DNA of 49,445 nt from positions 1 to 49,445 of the IMG/VR virus record IMGVR_UViG_3300006872_000009. One strand, written 5' to 3'. The first letter of the stretch is position 1. Each line of letters opens with the position of its first letter. The notes beneath the pieces were generated by a model. It made no database searches. It was not told the DNA's origin and saw only the letters and a list, made by a program, of their open reading frames with translations. The translations under genes were made by a program, and so were the position numbers. Origin of the DNA: a virus (lineage: Duplodnaviria; Caudoviricetes). Shown here piece by piece: positions 45,101 to 49,445 of the stretch.

Positions 45101-45853
45101 GACGAGATGACCGGCGCCCGCTTTGCGCAACAACTGGGTGCCTTGGTCTCCGATCAGCTCAGCATGAACCCCACCCCGCAACTGCTGAAGCCCTTACTGG
45201 ATCTCTACGCGAACAAGGACAGTTTCACCGACAAGCCGATCGAAACGATGGGGATGGAGCGTCTCCGTAAGGAAGACCGCTACTCAGACCGGACGAGTGA
45301 ACTCGCCCGATTGTTAGGGCAACTCGGGTTGCCCGATCCGACCCAACTCGCCATGGGACGCTGGGAAGCGCTCTCCCCAGTGCAGCTCGACCATCTGGTT
45401 CATGCCTATTTCGGCTGGCTTGGGACGTCCATCACCACGGCCTTGGACTTCGGGATTCGTCCCCTCGTAACCGACGGCGAGAAGCCAGCGATGAAATTGA
45501 AGGACGTCTTCCTGGTCGGGAGCTTCGTCGAGAGCCTCCCGGCATCCGGGAGCCGGTACGTGACCCAGCTCTATGAACAAGCAAAAGAAGTTGAGCAAGC
45601 CTACGGCAGTTTCCGCGAGGCCTTAAAGCGCGGGGACTACGACCGGGCGAGGGAGATCCAGGAAGATGAAGGCGACAAGTTGAGGCAGTACACACGCATC
45701 GAACGGGTGAAGCGCACCGAGTCGGAGATCGCGACCCGCATCAAGCAGATCGAGCGGTCTCCGACCTTAAGCGGCGACGAGAAACGTGTGCTGATCGATC
45801 GGCTAAAGGAGCGGAAGCATCTGTTGGCCCGGTCGGTGGCGGTTACTCCGTAA
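36119..45853 (+). CDS. Giant polyvalent protein (inorganic-pyrophosphatase-like, ART-like, LPD5, LPD1, zincin, LPD38), 3244 aa
   Basis: AAGGAG RBS; YKKGH...ISIENPEGSERSG...HYGYI; FYRG...WVTDNRDAAQEYA; KVWPRPDY; GVNFGNW...GSLAHEWAHALD...ELFARAFQSYV; HELIH; FRIPKPFEIG. Confidence 0.88.
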   Translation: MESPSLDEFLVAAREDNPDVPERALKQYWNQKYGHINPATLPSWETFKPAATTDNPGIPETQLRHYWEENYGVFGAPEKEDRSSDIVRGAKHAFQQIPQTLYGVEAGLGAAAEKVVGEGGIATGIKEHGVKKYEEQSAKIAATSKPTDSIQTAYEMASEGDIGALADWLQYALGYTGGQVLQMLGTAGVGYVAGKVALQPVASTVAQKLVAKEAARLGATEAGAKLAASELTKQSTKNVAAKIGQTAALGATATGMEGGEIFGEMVSQAEREQRSLTGDELAKAFGASLTAGALEFVGDKIGLDIILGRSPVSRAGSRLGRAAAGGLADLATESATEFAQTILEEYGKGNDPFADQSIREALDAAALGAVGGTVVGGAGGALTTPLPPVTGVTEPFKEIVTNETVGIDEAIQRAFDLAQTPTPGQKAATQRLLDRVRAEDEARAAAKPYHDLEAEAEEAQRRAEEQAALQAAKPAIREELSQIPDQAPRTGVPTPDVAGPDQTPTYLDFTVTKATKKKPSQILPEGAPVPTARGMIEAVQRTKGAAPQEPTIVPGTAYTPRPVEPPLPTAAETSGVRTRRSAPAPLKPVVPWEGTQPAGVPVPSEAAKARAEEMIRDVVKSQRALEEPPVRTRRPEDTPIIGAERASLDALRYPKPTTAATEATQARLAQIAKERESLLTRQPAKRSDRTEPPDEGPAPTTPSEPPDTGPSLTDLEQLADRKGISQPVFDALVKMASGKTTAELTPQDRQKVAAALAKVGAKTPEPTTPKKETPVQPVGPAATEDLPRSEVITRPRSELSPEQNQEMLLRAEKAQADLEIAGTSKAPPKGKILDQGQGGTPTERYVGTANASWYKELTSGKNPPIKGDKNKSARQKIEEAIQKIIADQGLDRGTAVERVKAALLDDHEFMRTEWGREYQRILDEGAPATINGFTEQEARETIDRLTTAAEARRAQAKDESIRALRPTASDWMIEDELDELTKAQAAIGAFEKAGAQARVEDKRRQRLAERENLGLVDDKAHEAATSPENDLPEPSQAEKESGVYKKGHLRISGLDISIENPEGSERSGTDKGGKPWRQTMTAHYGYIRSIDKDGRYFAPKDRTKEHIDIFVKPGTPDDYSGPVFVVDQNDPSTGRFDEFKVMLGFATEAEAKAAYLANYASDWQGFRSIKQFTLPEFKVWLKAGNKQKPVGVKKPEKKSATMPPMAPDRGPGSSENAQSPPEPGRKKKYEPLTYRSVNSKQSDRGKTFYRGATDPTATKWVTDNRDAAQEYADEVDGQVYSIRLIGPIASPKQYPVLEGYDPKSDLPELNFDAIADAYDDGYVAIGPIEDMSGSDRPHRSWVVVGDLVPQDQKTGDISPNPSSPQAGGPTVSSPVKEGQQEISVPPPTIGERPIIGREAQPEEAPLFSKLAQETDAEQTEIPTEETPASPTEILAKALRTAADQIEGKPAKPKETKPRESSLTDVGEELWYNKRNRLSALKWDDVKDLNPTLKVKEVTKAKVWPRPDYEQLITDGLHPLVAHLVKQMYDGIAAAPPRTADEDLRQYIETINKAREVIFDWAKSLNANTAMIETLMGDDRGDRFKATTALTRDAQVGVLDKLIKREGGTWTDHEGRPYRSILGDRFANAIQPGFNEVIRAKDAIKEGWPAPQESWQKQFEIKLSPAGETVYTKNGKKTLERDEYYIVKRKKSGWGRQIVASGFATREDAIAKARELAERKGTGPDEEDLPLNLQGLQRTGRAYRQKGENITPQQLKDTFGFRGVNFGNWTNQSERQAHVNLAYDAFMDLAELLNVPPKALSLNGLLGVAFGAQGSGKYAAHFVPGVNEINLTKTKGAGSLAHEWAHALDHYFAIQAGEPFARGTDPFMTSQYRRVRTEQMKAKTQAVREEVQRAFQGIVEAMTMRPETEAEVAARIEANQANARTMIGRWIASITQKVPEAKRGEIERIGEKLKLGDVGEGYVVLGKSSAVRPRVQELREAYKAATGHLLGKEDTEGVSAWVDTLMFTKSAKAAEQTHAAQTPTAYAKAARSLDKEKSGKAYWTQPTELFARAFQSYVIDTLASKAARNDYLSRPQQKDSTRYPQGEERTRINAAFDTLVAELKTRETDQGMALYQLDSTMDPPSHEALSVQAEIEGRTAVEAARFLATAAPSEAHRLIAGKVAEQLANLEAAGMAFDLKIAHLNDRVPAMLIGTRGLTWLPEGSSTTQIWLQGADVEGYVGTSYETVLHELIHGATQAALHIGNLPSQKGTPLWHATQDLYAVGNAIMDHVNREIAAARKEGRPLTPLQARLTQRTNAFHHVGEIVAWALSSRDMQEYLESIPYQHKSLWTRFVEAIRTFLGLAPASHTALSEVLRISEELLQADTSRLMSTFRDVWMPTQINQYDGLLNEQNQPGLLNEQVALPRQTAVALRGVTDLTPAQTTALERVHGKPLTWHEKLNSFKTDWKTRLTQGLFDQYAPIFNYDKKAYMLARLSKGGDGTLEALLLYGKPYVDQDGAYQVDTNGGFAKVLAGLKGEHDRFLEWVAALRADRLKKVGLENLYSDHDIQTLKTLNQGTMKDGSSRPITYEKALLQLNEWNAAMTKLAVDSGLIDKETADTFKDVPYVPFYRLQEEGIVTGFAAKPGLVNQYAWKRLKGGTQHLNDDLLANVLQNWSHLITAAARNRAAKETLTAAEKAGVASPVPSGAPGKGLVQYMDGGKAKTFAVSDPALLDAITALHYAGMGTLGKPFAAMKRALTFGVTVSPSFKIRNLIRDTIQAIGTADLSYNPFENLKTGFKALEDPKTRGSLMAGGGMIRFGTMLDGNNADRARILIERGVHPQHILDSPNKIERFWKQWMLPVFEAYQELGDKGEQVNRAALYQQMRAKGLSHLEASYMARDLMDFSLMGKWEAVRILAQVVPFANARLQGLYKLGRARIEDYRRLGTVLGAVSLASLALLLAYQDDPDWERREEWDRNNFWWFKIGDVAFRIPKPFEIGAIGTLAERGAELIISDEMTGARFAQQLGALVSDQLSMNPTPQLLKPLLDLYANKDSFTDKPIETMGMERLRKEDRYSDRTSELARLLGQLGLPDPTQLAMGRWEALSPVQLDHLVHAYFGWLGTSITTALDFGIRPLVTDGEKPAMKLKDVFLVGSFVESLPASGSRYVTQLYEQAKEVEQAYGSFREALKRGDYDRAREIQEDEGDKLRQYTRIERVKRTESEIATRIKQIERSPTLSGDEKRVLIDRLKERKHLLARSVAVTP

Positions 45854-46238
45854 AGCCCACCGTCTTCAAGGCAGCGAGACTGATGGCAAGCGGGGCGGTC
45901 ACGGCGCTGGCTTGATGCGTTTCCACGCCGCGCACGGTGAATGAACAGAGCCACCCGATGGTGCCGTCTTCATCCACGCATTCCGTGACCAACTCGACCG
46001 CACTCCCGTGTGTTCCATAGCGCTGCATGCGCTCCACGACATTCCAGGCATCCATGATGGAAGTCGAATACAGAGGCGGGATACGTTCTGTCTCGTCTAC
46101 TAACCTGCTACAGTCGTAGCACCACACAAGATCGTCGAGATTGTGATCCTCGGCCTCACACAGGTGCGGCCAGTCCTCCGGCAGTAAGCCCATCACCCGT
46201 TCAGCAATGAGTCGGTCAAGGTCTCGTCCAGCGTTCAT
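45843..46238 (-). CDS. Phage ABA-sandwich (BC1872-like) protein
   Basis: AGRDLDRLIAERVMG...PLYSTSIMDAWNVVERM...TAPLAISLAALK. Confidence 0.8.
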   Translation of the reverse strand: MNAGRDLDRLIAERVMGLLPEDWPHLCEAEDHNLDDLVWCYDCSRLVDETERIPPLYSTSIMDAWNVVERMQRYGTHGSAVELVTECVDEDGTIGWLCSFTVRGVETHQASAVTAPLAISLAALKTVGFTE

Positions 46239-46528
46239 TCTGCCAACTCCTCCAATAGTTCCATACTGTGATTGACCAGCTCCCCTGACACGACCCGGTA
46301 GGCAATCCCGTAGTGGTTCAACACACAGTTCATCTCCGCGGCCGTCATGCTGGCGGCATCGGGCACACAGCCGCTTGCCGCAATCTTCGCAAAGGCGTTG
46401 GCGTACACGGCCCTGGTGTCGAGCCACTGCGTCTCCACCGTGCGCCTCGGGGCTGGCGGGAAGACCATCAAGAGCCCGACCACCAGGACCATCATGGCTA
46501 AGATCACCAATGCCCATCGGGGCTTCAC
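46235..46528 (-). CDS. Membrane-anchored hypothetical protein
   Basis: N-terminal TM; coupled on both sides. Confidence 0.6.
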   Translation of the reverse strand: MKPRWALVILAMMVLVVGLLMVFPPAPRRTVETQWLDTRAVYANAFAKIAASGCVPDAASMTAAEMNCVLNHYGIAYRVVSGELVNHSMELLEELAE

Positions 46529-46794
46529 TGCCCCGGCACCACAATGACCGGTCCCGGAACCGGCGCCGCCGGCGTCGGGGTGATGATCGTATAGGGCGTC
46601 ACGCTCCCCGCGGGGCCGATGCTCACGCCCACATTGGGCCCGATCGGGACCACGGTGGTCGGTCCGCCGCTATTCGGCACGATCACGAGAGGCGGTGCGC
46701 TTTGGACGGGGTGAGCGCTTTGGGCTCGTGCGCTTCCGTCCATCCCCATGATCCCCGCTATCCCCATCACGATCCCCAGCATGAGTGTTCGCAT
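46525..46794 (-). CDS. Exported Pro-rich small protein
   Basis: AAGGAGG RBS; signal peptide ending ARA|Q. Confidence 0.65.
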   Translation of the reverse strand: MRTLMLGIVMGIAGIMGMDGSARAQSAHPVQSAPPLVIVPNSGGPTTVVPIGPNVGVSIGPAGSVTPYTIITPTPAAPVPGPVIVVPGQ

Positions 46795-46999
46795 GATCTC
46801 CTCCTTTTCGGAGCGCGTGAAAATCCCGCTCCCGCATGACGGTGATGATGAGCGGCTCTTCGGTCAGTTGCCCGACTTCAAAGGCCGCCGGCTTGGCACT
46901 GTTCGGAATCTTGAACGTGATCGTGGCCTCGCCCAGGTGATCCCCGTTGAACCGATGGACGCTGCCTTGCAGGACGATGGGTTCCATGTAGGCTTTCAT
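46670..46999 (-). CDS. Hypothetical protein
   Basis: GGGAG RBS, ATGA coupling; C-terminal ~40 codons overlap the next gene. Confidence 0.5.
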   Translation of the reverse strand: MKAYMEPIVLQGSVHRFNGDHLGEATITFKIPNSAKPAAFEVGQLTEEPLIITVMRERDFHALRKGGDHANTHAGDRDGDSGDHGDGRKRTSPKRSPRPKRTASRDRAE

Positions 47000-47175
47000 G
47001 TCTGCTCCCGCAGGCTGTCGTTGAGGTGGGCTAGCTCTTTCACCCAACCTGGAGTGGCCTGAAGGGCTCGCTCGCGTTGTCGCCGGAGGTCTTGGGCGCG
47101 CTCGGAATCGTAGTCTGGGTGTTGCGGGTCATAGATCCAGCGCATCCACGGATCCGGCTGTAACGATAGACTCAT
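46996..47175 (-). CDS. Hypothetical protein
   Basis: GGAGGGAG RBS; ATGA coupling. Confidence 0.55.
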   Translation of the reverse strand: MSLSLQPDPWMRWIYDPQHPDYDSERAQDLRRQRERALQATPGWVKELAHLNDSLREQT

Positions 47176-47603
47176 GGCTCCCTCCAACACTCGCGCTTGA
47201 CCGCAGCCAACTGCTTCATGGCCGCCTGTCGCTGGTTTTCTCGTTCAACCTGCTTCTTGGCTTGTTCCACTTCCCACTCCAGGCGCCGTAGCTCCATTTC
47301 TGGGCCTGGCGTGCAGGCCAAGGTCGTGCAGACAACGGAGTCGCAGTGATTGCAGCCGTCGTAGTGGCTGATCTCCTGGGGTGGTGACAGGTACGGCTCC
47401 ATCGCTCGCATGGCGGCTTCCATCTTCTGCTCGCAGGTTGTCTCACCAACGAACGTGCAGAACCGCCCATCACACGTCAGTGCGTTGTGCGTGCTCATCG
47501 GCTCGTCAACCGCGATCCATGAGGATTCCGCCATTGCGCTGAGCGAACAGACAATCGTGCCCAGCGCGAACCCCAGCACGGCTCCCACCAGTGTGTCTCG
47601 CAT
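47172..47603 (-). CDS. Exported Cys-rich protein (paralog of 28023-28376)
   Basis: GGGGGAG RBS; signal ending AMA|E; CEQKMEAAMRAMEPYL...VKRECWR. Confidence 0.7.
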   Translation of the reverse strand: MRDTLVGAVLGFALGTIVCSLSAMAESSWIAVDEPMSTHNALTCDGRFCTFVGETTCEQKMEAAMRAMEPYLSPPQEISHYDGCNHCDSVVCTTLACTPGPEMELRRLEWEVEQAKKQVERENQRQAAMKQLAAVKRECWREP

Positions 47604-47646
47604 AGCTCCCCCTTTCATGGATCGAGCCTTAGCCGAGTTCGAAACA

Positions 47647-48183
47647 TTACCTACACCACCACTCCCTATCCGGCACTTGCCCGCTTGCATAGGCGAGTTG
47701 CTGGACAGTGGTGATCTCTTCCAGAGTAACACCCCGCAGGGTCGGATCAATGGTCTCGTCGCAGGTTTTCACGACCCCCATGGCGTAGCCGAGCTTGCAC
47801 GGCGTGTGCATGCTCAGGGCTTGCCCGTGATGATTGTTCAGCAGGCACGGTAACTCGTACCGCTTGGCCCCCAGCACGCGCCGCGCCACAGGAAGATCCG
47901 CACTCGTATGGTTCCTGAGGTACGCGAGTCCATCCCGTAGCTCGATGCGCCGCGCCACTGTGATATCCGGCTGTCGTCCTCCCGTGTCTACCCCCACGAT
48001 GAAGCTCGACCATCCTGCGGTGGCATATTCGATAACCTCAGGCGGATCCGGGTTCAACGTCAGCGTCCCCACTGGCTCGCCATCAATATTGAGATGTCCG
48101 GCATCTGGCACAATGAACCTTAAAAGCCTTGCTTGCACTGCGCCGACGTAGGCTGCCGCAAAGGCGTTCGGTACCCGTTCCAT
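47647..48183 (-). CDS. Hypothetical protein
   Basis: GGGAG RBS; coupled to upstream stop. Confidence 0.55.
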   Translation of the reverse strand: MERVPNAFAAAYVGAVQARLLRFIVPDAGHLNIDGEPVGTLTLNPDPPEVIEYATAGWSSFIVGVDTGGRQPDITVARRIELRDGLAYLRNHTSADLPVARRVLGAKRYELPCLLNNHHGQALSMHTPCKLGYAMGVVKTCDETIDPTLRGVTLEEITTVQQLAYASGQVPDREWWCR

Positions 48184-48566
48184 CACATCTCCCATTTCGT
48201 CCGGAGGCCATCCTCCCCCGGATCGATCGCGTCCGGCGGGGTCGTCAATGGATGGCCCTCTCCAATGACGAACCCGAGCTCGTGGCAGGGTACGTTGAGA
48301 ATCACGCGGCCCTGGTGCTCGCAGGCCGGGACGGTCGGCCAGGCATACCAGCCGTTCGAGAGCATGACGATCACCCGCCCAAGACGCTCCTGCGCCTGCT
48401 CGTCGCGGCGGAGCTGCGCCTCCAAGTCGATGACCATGACACGGAGGTCGGCGGCGACACGTTCCATCTGCTGCAGGGTCTCTCGCATAGTCTTCCAATC
48501 ACTGTGAAACCACACCGCCAGCACCGCCAAGACGACAGTCATGCCCCATAAGACCTGTTTGCCCAT
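48183..48566 (-). CDS. Membrane-anchored coiled-coil protein
   Basis: GGAGGGG RBS; N-terminal TM. Confidence 0.65.
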   Translation of the reverse strand: MGKQVLWGMTVVLAVLAVWFHSDWKTMRETLQQMERVAADLRVMVIDLEAQLRRDEQAQERLGRVIVMLSNGWYAWPTVPACEHQGRVILNVPCHELGFVIGEGHPLTTPPDAIDPGEDGLRTKWEM

Positions 48567-48584
48567 CGTGCCCCTCCCGTGAGC

Positions 48585-48914
48585 CTAGTGTACGCCTGTT
48601 CGCGGCTCCTCGCCACGCCCTCCTGAGTCCCCGAGCTGGCGGATGGCCTGGGCGGCCTTCGAGAGCACCTCGTAAATACGTCGTTGCTCGTGGCTGCTGA
48701 GCCCGGATGGGTCGATCAGCTCGTGGACCTCAACCACCTTCGCCGCCTCCTCCACCGTCTCCTGGCGGATCTGCTGGAAGGCCTCTTCCACAAGCTGCAC
48801 ATACTCACTCACAAAGGCGATTCCCTCATACTCAGCCTGCTCGTCCAGGTCGCGGATCGCAATGATTAGTGCTTCCGCCCGCTCCCGCTGCGTCATCGTG
48901 GTCCAGTGCATCAT
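48585..48914 (-). CDS. Hypothetical phage protein
   Basis: GGAGG RBS; RQETVEEAAKVVE...AAQAIRQL motif. Confidence 0.65.
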   Translation of the reverse strand: MMHWTTMTQRERAEALIIAIRDLDEQAEYEGIAFVSEYVQLVEEAFQQIRQETVEEAAKVVEVHELIDPSGLSSHEQRRIYEVLSKAAQAIRQLGDSGGRGEEPRTGVH

Positions 48915-48978
48915 GTGTCCTCCCCTGCTTGTAAAGGCCGAGTGGTGGCAAACCGCGACTGACAGCGGCCACGAGCCC

Positions 48979-49194
48979 TCACGAGCATCGCCCACTCAGC
49001 CAAGATTTACAGCGTTGAAAGAATCCGCCCAATGGGACTGGCATAGAGAACACCGCCTCACCGTCATATTGCGCATCTGCCATTGCTCGCACTCGTGCAA
49101 CGGCCTCAATCTGGCTTGCCGCGTCAATTTCCAGAGACCAGCGAGTACATTGGAATTCATAACTGAACAGATACTTCCTAAGCGGCTTGCTCAT
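48979..49194 (-). CDS. Hypothetical protein
   Basis: GGAGGT RBS; YLFSYEF...WSLEIDAAS. Confidence 0.65.
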   Translation of the reverse strand: MSKPLRKYLFSYEFQCTRWSLEIDAASQIEAVARVRAMADAQYDGEAVFSMPVPLGGFFQRCKSWLSGRCS

Positions 49195-49251
49195 GTCACC
49201 TCCCCCGCCAGGGCTGCGAGCTTCGCCAGGTCTGACGACACCCCCGCTGCG

Positions 49252-49445
49252 TCATGGCTCCTCCGGCGGATCAATCGGCCCGGCCCATTGGCCGCCTTCA
49301 CCAATCGGCACCAATTCATCTGTTTTCCATCCCAACAGCATCCCTAAATCCCCGCGCCGGACTGGCATGACCCAGTGGTTAAGGTCATCCTTGCCGTAGC
49401 GCCACCAGTACCACCCCGGCACCGTGGGCTTCTGCGTGGTCCAGG
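49252..49445 (-). CDS. Small phage protein, 5' end outside window
   Basis: WTTQKPTVPGWYWWR...QWAGPIDPPEEP*. Confidence 0.65.
   Translation of the reverse strand, partial: WTTQKPTVPGWYWWRYGKDDLNHWVMPVRRGDLGMLLGWKTDELVPIGEGGQWAGPIDPPEEP

Noticed and set aside
1-49445. CRISPR array, rRNA, IS element, integrase
   Set aside because: No regularly spaced repeats, rRNA-like sequence, transposase or recombinase catalytic motifs recognised

Overview
The whole window is a GC-rich tailed-phage (podovirus-type) genome segment, probably about one nearly complete genome of a temperate-derived phage. Small CxxC and WxxxKP-GWYW proteins suggest a Nitrospira-like host (inference). Left (1-1927, minus strand): early genes headed by a Cro-like HTH. 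The divergent cI-like ORF at 2019 is cut after 36 codons by the 3' half of a tRNA-Arg(ACG), an att-core-like sequence, and no integrase is visible in the window. Plus strand 2424-45853: small genes, a tRNA-Met(CAT) nested in a CDS, an inverted 4-gene HTH cassette, a GIY-YIG nuclease, TerS/TerL, portal, scaffold, N4-gp56-type major capsid, two decoration-like paralogs, adaptor, nozzle, HNH, tail-fibre module, lysis genes (DUF5675-like, holin-like, overlapped spanins), ejection proteins (one with a GH24 lysozyme) and a 3244-aa polyvalent protein. Right end (45843-49445, minus): small early/middle genes. Most notable: seven fibre/spike-like proteins all begin with Sec-type signal peptides and all have even cysteine counts (2, 2, 16, 6, 8, 4, 6), suggesting export and oxidative folding of virion appendages outside the cytoplasm. 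All family calls are from motif recognition by eye; no searches were run.
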